Shown here piece after piece: positions 45,174 to 61,374 of a DNA stretch of 64,000 bases. Both the position numbers and the translations under genes were made by a program. The stretch's first letter is position 1; each line of letters opens with the position of its first letter. The DNA lies in NCBI GenBank assembly GCA_964016885.1, contig OZ024751.1, forward strand, positions 25,606,001 to 25,670,000, read 5' to 3'. The DNA is from Eledone cirrhosa (taxonomy: Eukaryota). The notes beneath the pieces are model-generated. The model searched no databases and was not told where the DNA came from. It saw only the letters and a program-made list of their open reading frames with translations.

Positions 45174-45929
45174 TAATAATCAACACATCATCATCATCAC
45201 CATCACCACCATCATCATCATCGTCAACATCATCATCATCATCATCGTCGTCATCGTGATCATCATCATCATTATGACCATAATCACCATCACCATCACC
45301 ATCACCATCATCATCATCATTATCATAATGTATGAACTTCTGATAAATGGTTGCTGTGCAGATGTATTTTGCCTATTAATATAATGTGGTGACATGTTGA
45401 TAGCTGTGTATGATACTAGAAATATAAGGAATGAAATGAGTGATATCCAAAACTGTACACTCCATGTCCATGTGATAAATTTGTTTAACATCATAGGTGA
45501 TATGTACCCTAAAAGTGTAACAACGGCCATTAACTGATTGTCATTTCTATGTATGTGTGTATGTATGCGTGTGTATATATGTTTGTATGTATGTGTGTAT
45601 GTATGTGTGTATGTATGTGTGTATGTATGTGTGTATGTATGTGTGTATGTTTGTATGTATGCATGTATATGTGTGTACGTATGTATGTAGGTGAGTATGT
45701 ACGAACTTAGGTTTGAATGAAAGCCAGTGGATTTGTGTTCGCCTCGCAATCACTAGATCATGAGTTCGGTTCCCGACAAAGAACACTTTATTTCTCCTCG
45801 TCGTTGTCCCCTCAGCTGATGAAAGTTAATTGTACTTATTAATCAAAGATCCACACATTAAGTAACGCTAAATTTGATTGAGAACTTTAGTTACGAACCC
45901 AGCAAAAAACATCCATTTTCATGGGTTTC

Positions 45930-47337
45930 TATTTGACCCTTTAGTTTCGAACCCAACCTAAACCACCTCTGGTTTTATGAAATAAAACCACCCATTTAAA
46001 GGGTTTCTACTAAACTCTATTGTTACCAACCTGGCCAAAACCGGCTCTGGTTCTATGAAACAAATCCACACAATTTAACAGTTTGCAACTTAAATAAGTA
46101 TCTTCCACCATAATGTTATATGAGAACCTCACATTAAGATACTTTGTTAGTCTTCTTCTTCGTTTTCCTTGCTCACTTATTCCTGAAAGGGTCGTGTGGG
46201 AAGAGTCCTCAAACACTCCTTCCAGTGGGTCCAGTCTGCAGCAACCGTCTCCACTTGATCTGGCTGGAACCCAAGAGAGACCAGCCAAGTCCATGGATGT
46301 TATCCAACCATCTTGCTCGGGGGGGGGGGTCTTCTCCTGGCTCACCAGCTGGTTGATTTTACCAGTAAAATTTGTCCAGCGATTGTTTGCTGAGATATTC
46401 TGACCACATGTCCATAGTATCATAGCTGTGAGAAGTAGCGACTCTAACTAGAGTGACGATCTGATCTCCGAGTTACGCACCCTCTCGAGTTACCTTACTC
46501 CCAATACCTTTCAGACGAACCCCATTTGGGACGCTAGTATTTGCGATAGTATTATTTCGGTCATTAACCAAGATACATAAGGGTTGGCACGAATACCGAA
46601 TTGAAGAAAGCGAGTTTGTCTTTTACGCTTAGCTCCCTTCTTCTGATTACCGAATGCTGAGGCTGGTGCATTACTGCATCAGCTCCTGCAATTTTTGTAC
46701 TTAATTCAACCTCCTGCTTTCCATCACTTGTGAACATGGCCCCGAGCTACTTGAACTTCTCTACCACATTGAATGGTTTCGATTTAGCACCATTTACCCG
46801 AATACAAATACTCTATCTTAGTAATGAAATAATTAATAGTTTTAATAAATCCCTCAAGATTTTTCATTATTTAATTAAAACTGCGTGTATTTCCTTGGAA
46901 ATGCAACCACGAAAGGGTTAAACATTCCATTATAATTCTATATAACAAACGTTTCTTAAGATATCTTCCAATTACCAACTTAAAAAAGAGAGTTTTAGTT
47001 ACATTACCTAACCCTTTCAAATTGTTGGTTATTTTCAAGACAATTTTAAAATCATGGGCTGAATATTTCAATAGAAATGTGTTAACAAAATGTTTAATTC
47101 ATTAATCCGTTTAATACCAACATGTATAAAACCAGCCCTGTTTCTATGAAACAAATCCACCCATTTCAAAGGGTTTCTATTTAGATTAAACTCTTCCAAC
47201 ATAATTTTATACAAGATGATATTAAGTTACGATCTTCGTAATGAAATAATTAATAATTTTAATAAATCCCTCAACATTCTTCATTAAATAATCAAAATAG
47301 AATCTATTTCATTAGGAATGTATCCCTGAAAGGATAA
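45930..47337. mobile_element. Cluster of related MITE-like units (about 230 bp, ends like TTAACCCTTT / GAAAGGGTTAA), one interrupted by an RTE fragment
   Basis: TTCTATGAAACAAATCCAC at about 46051 and 47142; GTAATGAAATAATTAATA..TTTAATAAATCCCTCAA at about 46820 and 47238. Confidence 0.55.
46150..46770 (-). pseudogene. 3' fragment of an RTE-clade LINE
   Basis: Minus strand VEKFK*LGAMFTSDGKQEVELSTKIAGADAVM...RRELSVKDKLAFFNSVFVPTLMY; short (GAA)n-like tail at about 46152. Confidence 0.8.
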
Positions 47338-47538
47338 AGAACATACGTTGCTGTCGAATGCCCAGGCACTAGCACGTAAATTACGTCTTAACCAAAACAC
47401 AGCAACCGTAAATGCTATTAACTAAAATGTACAAACTGCTGGTTCCAGTAGCATTACTGCAATCTAGCAGAGGCTTTGAGTGGGCAAAACGTTGGCCGGA
47501 CACCCTTGAGTTAATATCAACGATTTTCGTACACCTTT

Positions 47539-47580
<42 letters not shown>

Positions 47581-47718
47581 TATATAAGAAAAGAATGACT
47601 TCAGTTGTAGTCTAAACAATTTAATTTAATTTTATGATATTATGATGTTACAATTTGGTTTTGCAGATCAAGTAAGTTCTTTGTTAACTTAATATATATA
47701 TATATGAATATATATATA

Positions 47719-47803
<85 letters not shown>

Positions 47804-47843
47804 GATATTAATAAATGGAAATATATATTTATAAAACCATATT

Positions 47844-47908
47844 TATTTCATTATACATATTTCAGGGATACAAAATTAAATTATGGTATGCCTTCATCAG
47901 ACAAAATA
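47844..47908 (-). ncRNA. Type I hammerhead motif, family B
   Basis: TATTTTGT-CTGATGA-AGGCATAC...GTATCCCT-GAAATATGTATA-ATGAAATA. Confidence 0.7.
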
Positions 47909-48068
47909 CAATATATAACAGTTTTAAAAATAGCTTTGACGTACCCTTTTAAAATGCAACCATTATTTTTGGAAGCCGTCTGGATGCCGTGTGTAAACTT
48001 GTCGAGTGCTTTATATCAGTTTTAAAAATATCTACTTGTTGTATCCCAACAATTTTAAATAGAACTTT

Positions 48069-48132
<64 letters not shown>

Positions 48133-48386
48133 TATATATATATTGCGTGTAGGGATATATACTTTATTATTATTATTAATCTCCCTCTGGTCGAGATGAA
48201 ATCTGGTCATTTTGACTGCTGCTATTTATAGTGGTAGTAAACTGACCTCCCAGCCTCTGCTTCTATCTGTACACACGGCATGGACAGAATTGCTTCCACA
48301 TCATTCATTCTCATCTCGGGAACAATTTTGAATAGCGCCAGTTCGTAATTTGAACTCGGGAATTTTATATTCTCCGAGTGAAAAGA

Positions 48387-48474
48387 ACCTTCTGACGAGA
48401 GTTCATCTTTTCAATGGAAGCTCGCAAGGACTATCCATTTATTTTTGAGACTCGAGAACCGATTCGGTAAAGGT
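48387..48474 (+). ncRNA. Hammerhead motif with long stem II and 1-nt core insertion
   Basis: ACCTT-CTGACGA-GAGTT...GACTC-GAGAACCGATTCGGTA-AAGGT. Confidence 0.6.
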
Positions 48475-48541
48475 AACCATAGTAAGTACAGTGAATTTTT
48501 TGAAATTTATTTTGAAACTTTTTCTTATTTGCTAAACCTTG

Positions 48542-48640
<99 letters not shown>

Positions 48641-49277
48641 TGCAGAGCCTGGGTCTGTCCCTCTTCCTGGAGTGCTTGGAAAAGTAAATATCCCTCTTTT
48701 TCTGAAGACGAAAATACTCGGAATGTTTGGTAGGCCTTGGGTAGACCGGGAAATCGTCACTTCACTTGTTATACATCGCCAAACCGCACTATTTTATATA
48801 ATATAGTTCAGAAGTATTTCACATACCTAGGAATATAATATCGATCACTGCAAAGAACCTAAGCTATATAATGATCTAATCCAATTTAATTTAGTTTTAT
48901 TTTGTTTTGTTTTTTTGTTACGTCTCAGCTTCACACTACTCTATCTTTAGAATGATTAACATAACTAGTATGTATAACTAATAACTGTCTGGCATACGTA
49001 GCTTCTCCGGCCAACTGTAATGACTCTTCTGGTCACGTGGGGAATGGGCCTGTGAACGTTTCCTGGAGTTCTTGGAAATAATTGAAATTTCCCGATTCCT
49101 AATCTGAGATTTTACTCGGAAGTGTTCGCGGGTTTATGAATCTGCGGTGACTGTGAAGCCATTATTGCAGTAGATAACGAAAGACAAGCCACACTCATTT
49201 CTCAACATCACAAACACACAGTGATAGAACGCAACATTTATTGTGACTATCAAAGATATATTTAATTTTTACATAAA

Positions 49278-49478
49278 TAATAATAACATTCGATTCGTTT
49301 GCAATTATGCAAACAAGCCTCAATTTTATAGCCATGTCAGTAGAATGAACACTTCATTCTTGCTTCATTCACTTCATCTTCAGTGTTGGCATGCAAGAAT
49401 GAAGTATTCATTCTACTGACATGACTATAAAATTGAGGCTTGTTTGCATAATTTCAAACGAATCGAATGTTATTATTA
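49278..49478. repeat. Inverted repeat (arms about 86 bp, spacer about 29 bp) overlapping a decayed hammerhead (49285-49387, minus)
   Basis: Arms differ at about 3 sites; AACA-CTGAAGA...CAAACGAATCGAA-TGTT. Confidence 0.8.
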
Positions 49479-49503
49479 ATATTCGAAAAACTCAGATTAG
49501 ATT

Positions 49504-49594
<91 letters not shown>

Positions 49595-49699
49595 TAAAAT
49601 GACAGATTAAAGTTTAAGCAAAGAATCGCTGCTTTCACCCTTAACGGTTCTTATATATTTCATATATATTTATCCTTATCGAGCCCTCTTTGGATTTTA

Positions 49700-49734
<35 letters not shown>

Positions 49735-49990
49735 CACTATATAGGTAGATGTGTATAAGGTCGTGTGTTATACATGTACAGAACTGTAATCATGGTATCC
49801 AATGCTGTGTTGTCTACTGCAAATAAGTAAGCCCCTTACCATTAGTCTCTATTGAAATGTCTTCCCATGTAACAATCACAACAACTCAGATATTGGTTAT
49901 GACGTCAAGTAGCAACTTCAGAAAGAAGCATTGAATCTACGCAAATATATTTAACCACTTTACGAAAAGACTAGAAGAGAAATAACAGTC

Positions 49991-51605
<1,615 letters not shown>

Positions 51606-51920
51606 GAAGTATCATTTTGAATTAGAGGACTAGAATTGCATAGTTAATACACAGATTATATGATGAGAATATTCTTAATTAGCTGACAAAAAGGTCACTA
51701 ATGATTTATATATTCGTCCTCTTATTATTATTATTATTGATGTTATTATTTTCATTATCTATGCAAGCATCATCATCATCATCATCAGAATTATATATTA
51801 ATAATCTACTCTACATTTAATATATAATTGTGCAATTTAGGAGCTTTGTGTAAACTTTTTAGTTCAGAAACGCTGCTGACTTATTTGTTTGTCTATATGT
51901 ACGTATATATATTTTCTTAT

Positions 51921-52048
<128 letters not shown>

Positions 52049-52194
52049 TAGAGAGAGAGAGAGAGAATAAGAAAATGCGAAGTAATTGCAGACGTTAAAT
52101 TCCTTTATTGATAATGCTGTGATACATATTTCAATGACGACAGTGTCCACACGATTATGTGTACCCAGTGCGATTAGTCTCATTTTCGCTTCGA

Positions 52195-52745
52195 TTTTGG
52201 TTTGGATATGGTTTGGTTCGATTTTCTTTGGTTTGGTTGAGATTTATCTGGTTTGGCTTTTATTTATTTAGATTTGTTGGCGTTGGTTTGGTTGTTATTT
52301 GGTCTTGTTTGGTTAGGATATGGTTTGGTTTGGTTTGGTTTGATTGTGATTTGGTTGTGGATTGGTTTGGTTTGGTTTGATTATAATATTGTTGTGGTTT
52401 GGTTTGGTTTGTTCTGGTTTGGTTTGATTGTGGTTTGTTCTGCTTTGTTCTGGTTGGTTTGGTTTGAATTGGTCTGGCTGTGACACTGGTTTTATTGTGA
52501 CTTGGTTTCGATATAGCTTGTTTTGGTTCGGTTTGGTCTGGTTGAGATTTGGTTTGGTTTGGTTTGCTCTAATTGTGACTTGGTTTGGATTGGTGTGGTT
52601 TGGTTGTGACTTGGTTCGGTTGTTTTTTGGTTTGGTGTGGTTGTAGTTTGGTCTGGTTCGGTTGTTGTCTGGCTTAGCTTGTATTGGTTTGGCTGATTGT
52701 GCCCTGTGTTATTCGTAGTTTCTTTTGATTTGGTTTCATTTGGGG
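52195..52745. repeat. Degenerate (TTTGG)n repeat
   Basis: Direct reading. Confidence 0.85.
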
Positions 52746-52947
52746 TTTTTATAAGAATATATGAGAGCCCAGGATGTAATCACACTCTGGATGTGTTTCG
52801 CAAATAACCGGCTCCGAGCTTTAATCAATTACAATCAGCTTCTACTCTGAGAGAGATTTGGCTATCAGACGCAGCATAAATCACGTTATCAAAAGTACAA
52901 ATTTCACAAAGCTATGGTCCATCTGGTTCCTTACCACAATTCCTTCG

Positions 52948-53243
<296 letters not shown>

Positions 53244-53262
53244 CTTTATATATACATATATA

Positions 53263-53392
<130 letters not shown>

Positions 53393-53496
53393 TGTGTGTG
53401 TGTGCGCGTGTGTGTGTGTGTCTTTTCATATACATATGACAAACATTTACTGAACATTTCCTGAAGCGCTTACAAACATTTACTGAATCGAAAAGC

Positions 53497-53554
53497 AACC
53501 CTAACCCTAACCCTAACCCTAACCCTAACCCTAACCCTAACCCTAACCCTAACC
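53497..53554 (-). repeat. Interstitial telomeric repeat (TTAGGG)n, about 9.5 units
   Basis: Perfect (TAACCC)n. Confidence 0.95.
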
Positions 53555-53651
53555 AAATAATGTGTTTTGCTATATAATTCTGGCAATATTATAACTACAT
53601 GACCTTCCCCAATATAACAACATACATACAATCACACACGTACGCACATAC

Positions 53652-53682
<31 letters not shown>

Positions 53683-53920
53683 AACAAACACACACACATA
53701 TATATACATCTAATGGCTGACTGAATATAAACGAGAGTTTTCTCACTAAAATGTTTCCTTTCCTTTCTCTTCTCACTCCCTCTCTTTCTATTTCATTTTT
53801 CATTTCTCATTCTGTTTTCCGATGAAAGAGTAGTGTCCGAAACTTAAAGATTCTTTTCCTAAAATAAACTAATATATTTCTTCGTTGTAATGTGTTGTTT
53901 GCTATGTTGCTTCCGGTTAC

Positions 53921-53995
<75 letters not shown>

Positions 53996-54171
53996 TCTGT
54001 CTGTTTCTCTCTTCCGCGATGCATATCTTAATATACAAACAGAAATTCAAACACACACATATACATATGTATGTATATATATATATATATATGTATACAC
54101 ATATATATATAAAATTCAAACACACACATATATATATGTATGTATATATATATACATGTGTGTGTATATAC

Positions 54172-54351
<180 letters not shown>

Positions 54352-54959
54352 ATGTGTGTGTGTATTCTTATACACATATCTTCATTACATATATATTTGT
54401 TTACATACATGTCGATCCACGTATCCTCCATTAGACTTTTCAATTTTGAATTAATATATCCACCAACGGTTTATATAGGAAAGCAATAATAAGTTGAGAA
54501 CACGCCGCATTGTCTACATATTGAGATCGCTTATGACTACGGTGGCAAATTTGTAATCACTTCATGTAGAAATCCTTGTAATATTTCCTCAAGATTGAAA
54601 ATGTTAGGCTAACATCAATACGCCAATATTGTTCTTCATATAAAATCATTTCGATATGGAAATTATTATAAACATTCCATAACCTCTGTTGTCAACTCCT
54701 CATCAAATTTTATTCGTCAGTTAAATTTGATGGACCCTAAAATGGCAAGGTGTGATGACAATACGCTGTATGCATCTGTCGCTCGCATTTCCGACTACAT
54801 AGAACTATAATGTTTATGTATGTTTGTTTTTTTTAAGTTTATGTTTGTGCATGGCTGCGTTGCTCCACAATTCAGCACAACTACGCAACATCATTTACAT
54901 GTGTATTCTACAATAACTTCGCGTTGGCCAATGCTTTATAAGTAAAGTTTGGTAGGCTG

Positions 54960-55235
54960 AATTTGCAGCCTGGCTTTCCAGGTATCCGGTCCAAATATTT
55001 TTCAGTTTCTTTTTTTATAATTCCAAGTGCACCGACTATCACTGGTATTGTACAGACCTTAAGATGCCACATTTTATCAATTTTAATTGATAAATCTTTA
55101 TATTTACTGAGCTTCCCGAATTCTTTCGAGGGGGTGTTACGATCTGATGGAATGCTCATGTCAATTAAGAAATATAAAGATTTATCAATTAAAATCTTCT
55201 TTTCGTATCTTCGAAGCATGTGGTTATATGACAGT
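54960..55235 (-). pseudogene. R4/Dong-like endonuclease domain fragment
   Basis: LIDMSIPSDRN...KLSKYKDL...MWHLKVCTIPVIVGALGIIKK. Confidence 0.85.
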
Positions 55236-55441
55236 TCCCATTTCTTTACACAGTCTTTGTATTATTATTAAATTCTGCAAGATCTTTTAAGCTGCACTGG
55301 TTGGGTAGTAGAGGGCAAACAAGGCAGTGCTGCATCGTATGGTCCTCCTCTCCACATTCGCAGATGGTTGGGCCGGTGCTGTAACCCCATCTGGCCATAG
55401 CAGCTTTTGATCGCTCCATTCCTGTTCTCAGGTGGTTGAGT
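55236..55441 (-). pseudogene. 3' fragment of an Ingi/Vingi-like LINE (CCHC region)
   Basis: LNHLRTGMERSKAAMARWGY...CECGEEDHTMQHCLVC. Confidence 0.7.
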
Positions 55442-55540
55442 GGGAGCACATTTATGGCAGATAATTCATTTCTTGAGTTAAGCTTTGTTTTCATGACAGC
55501 ACATACTCTCCAGTAGCATTCCATAGATATCTATAGGTTT
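55442..55540 (-). pseudogene. R4/Dong-like post-RT fragment
   Basis: ECYWRVCAVMKTKLNSRNELSAINVL resembles EYxRRxxxILKSxLNxxNKxxAIN. Confidence 0.65.
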
Positions 55541-55705
55541 GTGCTTGTTCTAGTTCCCTAATTACTGCATACATATCTATTTCCATTGCGTTTGTGCTTG
55601 TCCTTCCCCTTTCTTAAATGTTGTTGGCCTATTATTATTATTTTTGTACCAGTAATACACTGGGTTATTACTGGCCTTGTGCCAAAAGTAGAAACAATTA
55701 TTATT

Positions 55706-55742
<37 letters not shown>

Positions 55743-56386
55743 CATTGTTAAATTGGTTTTTGTTGCATTTTCACCCAATCTTATTGTAACCCCCCCCCCC
55801 CCCCCACTGTCCCTGTCTTTGTATTTTTCCCTACATGTCGGCCCTTGTGGCCAATAAATGAAATCATCATTATTATTATTATTTGAAACTACCTTTAAAT
55901 TTTTTCCACCTGAGGCAGTATTTGATAATACGCACATTTTTCAATCAATTGTCACACAAATAATGCCACAAGGGCACACACATCATCATCATTATCATCA
56001 TCATCATCATCACCATTATTATCCTTTCTAATTTTCTTATGTTTCTGTACATATCATAAAAAGATTTAATGCTGAAAGAATTTTACTTTTGATTCCCTTG
56101 AGAATTAATCTCTTTCACAACGTTACACAGAAGCCGTCTAAAAATAGCACTTATTTTCTGCTTCAATGATCTTCAATTATACAGTTTTTTATCTGCCTAC
56201 AAGTCTTATTCAATCGTGAGAAAAAATTCATCATTAAGAATAATTTTAAATCTGTGTGTGTGGGCGTGGGTGGGGGGGAGGGGCTATTTCCTGTTTCTTA
56301 CGGTGGATTTTTTTTTTTTTTTGTTATCAGTGTTGATTGTTTGTACATGATTTTAGTGTTGTTGTTTATTATTTTAAATACAAAAG

Positions 56387-56700
56387 GGCGGTGAATTGGC
56401 AGTATCGGTAGAGGGTTGGACGCCATGCTTTCTAGCATAGTTACGTCCCTTTACAGTCTGAGTTCAAATCCCGCCGAGGTTAACTTTGCCTNNNNNNNNN
56501 NNNNNNNNNNNNNNNNNNNNNNNNNNNNNNNNNNNNNNNNNNNNNNNNNNNNNNNNNNNNNNNNNNNNNNNNNNNNNNNNNNNNNNNNNNNNNNNNNNNN
56601 NNNNNNNNNNNNNNNNNNNNNNNNNNNNNNNNNNNNNNNNNNNNNNNNNNNNNNNNNNNNNNNNNNNNNNNNNNNNNNNNNNNNNNNNNNNACAATTATT
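56387..56700 (+). mobile_element. Nin-type SINE spanning an assembly gap (200 N at 56492-56691)
   Basis: Head before the gap, ACAATTATT tail after it. Confidence 0.8.
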
Positions 56701-57002
56701 TTAAATATAATTCTTGTTTTTTTTTTTTCAAAGTAGGTCTAAAAAATAATTAAAATTAGTATTAGAGCAACCTTTGAAATCTTTCACCCACTTTCATAAA
56801 CAATATATATATTATTATATATATAGTAATATATATATATATATACATATATATATTATATTATACATAAATATATATATTATATATATATATAGATATC
56901 TATAATATATATATATATATATTATGTGTGTGTGTGTGTGTGTGTATGCGTATGTGTGTGTATGTATGTATGTCATATATTGTATATATATAAATTTATA
57001 TA

Positions 57003-57130
57003 TAATGAAGGAAGTGTGGTAAGGAACCAGGTGTAGCATAACGCACCAGAGTATTCGATACTTAGTGTATTAGAGTGGGTAATAAGAAAAGAGTCAGGAC
57101 CCCGACGGCTTGAGCTCCGGCTGTTTCGAC
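57003..57130 (-). mobile_element. Family A Penelope-like fragment, diverged
   Basis: Homologous to 38481-38603. Confidence 0.7.
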
Positions 57131-57393
57131 TCTCTCAGGAGTTACGGGACAAAAAGAAGAAAATTAAAACATACTTAATATTTAGTTAGTAAAATACATT
57201 ACATTTCAATGAATAATATCGCTTAGAATATTACTCAGAGAAGTGTATAAGTACAAAGGTAGAACTCGATTATAGAACTCGATTAAGGTTCAGATTTGAT
57301 TGACGGGAAGATCACTGTAAAGCAATTTAAAATAAAGAACCTCGCTAACACATCCCTAAAAGCAAAAAGTTCTTGTAACGAATACTTTATATT

Positions 57394-57781
57394 CTCTGAT
57401 TGCAGTTTCATATGTTAAAAGGACAGAATCAGCCATCTCAATTAATTAAGATGGCTAATTACCGCCAGAAATTACTTGATCGTCAGAGAGGTAATTTCTG
57501 AACCTATGTGGTAAGTCCATAGACGTTTTTAAATTGACTGTTATTTTCTAGTAAAAATTTATCCTCGTCACCTAGTCCTTTCTGTACAAAGTTAATTCTA
57601 CACATGTGTGAGTTTTTTGAGCTTACGAGCCCAGCAATAGGGGAATATATGTTATCTCTCTTAATTCTAAGATGAGAAATTACCTCTCTGACGATCAAGT
57701 AATTTCTGGCGGTAATTAGCCATCTTAATTAATTGAGATGGATGGTTCTGTTATTTTAATTTTTTGGAACTGCAGTAAGAG
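57394..57781. ncRNA. Divergent inverted pair of hammerhead motifs (57394-57490 minus; 57684-57781 plus)
   Basis: CTCT-CTGACGA-(long stem II)-GAAACTGCAATC or GGAACTGCAGTA-AGAG; perfect IR of about 68 bp. Confidence 0.65.
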
Positions 57782-58301
57782 TATATAAGAGAATTAGGAG
57801 AACATCAGTCGGGCTCGGGAAATTTAGGGAGAGAAAGTTAGGAGGAAGAGAAGAAAAAGAAATGAGAGAAAGAGAAAAGAAGAGGTAAAGAGAACAGCAA
57901 AAGAAGAAGACCTGAGAGAGAGGAGGAGGAGAAAAGAAGAAAGTGAGGAAGAAAGAGAGAGAAAGGTTGGGGTTGAAAGAGTGGAGGGAACTAGAATGAA
58001 GTGGAGAAGAGGAGTAGGAGGAGGATGAGAAGGAGGAGGAGGAGAAGGTGGAGGCGGAGGCGGAGGAGTTTTGACAGAAGCAGTCTTGTAGTAAATTGTA
58101 GGGAATTGTAACATGATGATGATGATGATGATGATGGAATCGCTAGATAGTGTTGGCATTTAAGATGATGATGATATATGGGGAGATAATAATTAAACAG
58201 CGTGTATAGAATTAAAATGGCGAAGAAACGATATCAGATGGTAAGTGTATATATCAAATAATGGGGATGGCGGAGTGGAAATAATATTATATATTATTAT
58301 T

Positions 58302-58772
58302 AAAAGTACCAGTAATACACTGGGTAATTGCTGGCCTTGTGCCTAATATAGAAACAATTATTAAGGGCAGTATCGGTAGAGAGTCGGACGCCATGCTTTG
58401 CAGCATAGAATTACGTCCCTTTACGGTCTGAGTTCAACTCCTGTCCAGGTTAACTTTGCCTTTCATCCTTACGGGGTCGATAAAATAAAGAGTACCAGTA
58501 ATGCACTGGGATAATTGCTGGCCTTGTGCCAAAAATTAAAAGCATGTATTAAGGATGGTGGATTGGCAGTATCGGTAGAGCGTCGGACAACATGCTTTGC
58601 AGCATAGAGTTAGGGCCTTTTGCGTTCTCAGTTCAAATCCCGTCAAGGTTAGCTTTGCATTTTTATCTTTACGTGGTCGATAAAATAAAGTACCAGTCAC
58701 GCACTGGGGTCGATTTAATCGACTTTCCCCTCCCCCCAAAATTGCTGGCTTTGTGCCTAAATCAGAAATAAT
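58302..58772 (+). mobile_element. Tandem cluster of three Nin-type SINE pieces
   Basis: 58302-58342 tail only, 58346-58533 and 58555-58772. Confidence 0.88.
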
Positions 58773-59049
58773 TCTTGATGATATTTAAACTTTTATTTAA
58801 AACTTTGTTTCTCTGTAGAGATAATTAAGTATAGTAACCCTGTCACCATCTCGCTATAAGGAGAGAAAACTAGTTTATCTGTGTGACTCTTAAACTATAT
58901 CTATATTCGCTGCAATCATGTATTAAATTCACATTTAAATTTGGACCCTCTTACGCTTGTAATAAGAAATATCAAGAATACATACATACTACATACACAT
59001 ATGCATACATATATACATGCGTACATACACACATGCATATATACACATA

Positions 59050-59085
<36 letters not shown>

Positions 59086-59195
59086 TATACACATACATAC
59101 ATAGATGCATGCATGCATATACACAGGCATACATACACAATGCGTAGATACGTACATACACACATGCGTACATACACACATGCATATATACACAC

Positions 59196-59257
<62 letters not shown>

Positions 59258-59355
59258 ATACATACATACATACATACATACATACATACATACATACATG
59301 CATGCATATACACATGCATACATACACAATGCGTAGATAGAGACGCAAATATATT

Positions 59356-59417
<62 letters not shown>

Positions 59418-59459
59418 CATACACACATACATATGCGTAGATACAGACGCAAACATATT

Positions 59460-59498
<39 letters not shown>

Positions 59499-60215
59499 GG
59501 GGGGGGGAGAAAGAGAGAGAGGAGAGAGATAATGGGTGGGGATAGTGTCATACTAACATACATATAGATTATGCTCTTTGTTTAAGATTATTTTATAAAA
59601 TCTAAATCTTACATGACATGAATGCTATTCGCCAGTGTCTGTCGTCCATACTTTCCTCTCCATTAAACATATAGCCTTTGCAGTCATCACGGACGAGATT
59701 ATAAAACCCCTTGATAGGGTATTATATATATGTGTATGTTTCTGGGTATGTGTGTCTGTGGATCGTTGTGTGTGTGTATTTCTGTGTCTGTGTGTGTCTG
59801 TGTGTGTCTGTGTGTGTCTGTGTGTGTCTGTGTGTGTGTGTGTTGGTGTGTTGGTGTTTGTGTATGTGTTTGTGTATGTGTATGTTTGTGTGTGTGCCTG
59901 TGTCTGTGGCTGTGTCTATGACTCTGCGTCTGTGTGTCTGTATGCCTGCGTGCCTGCATGCCTTTGTGCGTGTCTGTGTGTGTGTGTGTGTCTTTGTGTG
60001 TGTGTCTGTGTGTGTCTGTCTGTTTGTATGTCTGTGTGTGTGCGCGTGTGTGTGTGTGTCTGTGTATATGTGTGTGTGTATGTGTGTGTGTATGTATGTG
60101 TGTGTATGTGTGTATGGGTGTGTGTCTGTGTGTGTCTGTATGTGTGTGTATGTGTATGTGTATGCGTATGCGTGTATGCGTATGCGTGTGTATGTGTGTG
60201 TGTGTGTGTGTGTCG

Positions 60216-60246
<31 letters not shown>

Positions 60247-60556
60247 TGTGTGTGTGTGTGTCTGTCTGTATGTGTGTGTGTGGGGTGGGTGTCTGTGTGT
60301 GTCTATTCCATAGCGCGACATTACAAATTTAACTGTTGAAGAAATGTAAATGGAATATATTTTTGTTACTTTAACTGAAAGGAATGAATTCCTACGTGAG
60401 ATATGGAATATAAACTATTGTAAATGCCACGGTACTTAAACAGGGATATTGTGTACAAGTGTTTATCTTGACGAAACGTATGACGATTCTCGTTCAAAAA
60501 CTGATACACACTCACACACACAAACACACATATTCATATATACATATATATATATA

Positions 60557-60604
<48 letters not shown>

Positions 60605-60628
60605 GTGTGTGTGTGTGTGTGTGTGTGT

Positions 60629-60873
60629 GAAGGCGAGTGGCTCAGTGGTTAGAGTGTGCGACTCACAATCTAAAGTTCTTCAGTCGGATTACTGGTGGTA
60701 CGTTGTGATCTTCAATCAGATACTATATTCTATGTTACCCCCAGCCCACTCTACGATAAAATATTGAGTTTTACGAGTAATTTAAAGGGACCATCCTTAT
60801 CACGCACTGTGTTTCGTTGAATATCCTTAAAAACTACATTAAAGATGCCTGTGAATATGGAATGGTCAGCCTT
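60629..60873 (+). mobile_element. SINE family 2 copy, strongly diverged
   Basis: A box TGGCTCAGTGGTTAGAG; tail related to 45715-45890. Confidence 0.5.
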
Positions 60874-61056
60874 TTAACATTGCTGGGCATACACAAAATG
60901 ACATGTAAAGGAGACTCTATGAGACCAAACCTGGATGAAACATTGAAACGTTGAAAATAAGGCAGAAATGCATGAAAAGGAATGAACATAAATATTCAAA
61001 TGTGTCATAAAATAGCGGCGATGTATTTGTTTTACAATTTTTTTATATGAAATCGC

Positions 61057-61323
61057 GTGTTGTCCTATTATTGCCACAAATCGTAAAACAACATTCACTG
61101 TTTGGTTTCGTTTTCGCTTCAGTATATTTTTATATACCAACAGTTAAAAATATAAATATAAATATAATTTATCAAAGTTCTTTCGACGCACATTTTCCTG
61201 TGACACCTGCAGCGATTATCGCTGTTGGTAAATTGTTTATAGAAATATAAAAATATACTGAAGCATAAACCAAATCAAACAGTGTGTCAGTTTTACTATT
61301 TTTGGCAATATTAGGACAACATG
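61057..61323. repeat. Diverged inverted repeat (arms about 80 bp), MITE-like
   Basis: TGTTGTCCTATTATTGCCA...GCTTCAGTATATTTTTATAT vs ATATAAAAATATACTGAAGC...TGGCAATATTAGGACAACA. Confidence 0.7.
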
Positions 61324-61374
61324 GCTCTCCCCAAATATAACAATATGACAAAATAACCATCTAAGTATATATTA

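Noticed and set aside
45810-45830. CTGATGAAAG as a hammerhead core
   Set aside because: Inside a SINE; no stems or cleavage triplet.
56492-56691. ORFs crossing the N run
   Set aside because: Assembly gap; contiguity across it is not guaranteed.
57120-57150. ACTCCTGAGAGAGTCGAAAC (minus) as the 5' half of the family A hammerhead
   Set aside because: A near-identical CCGTAACTCCTGA.AGAGTCG occurs at about 40789 in another repeat, so it belongs to a neighbouring element.
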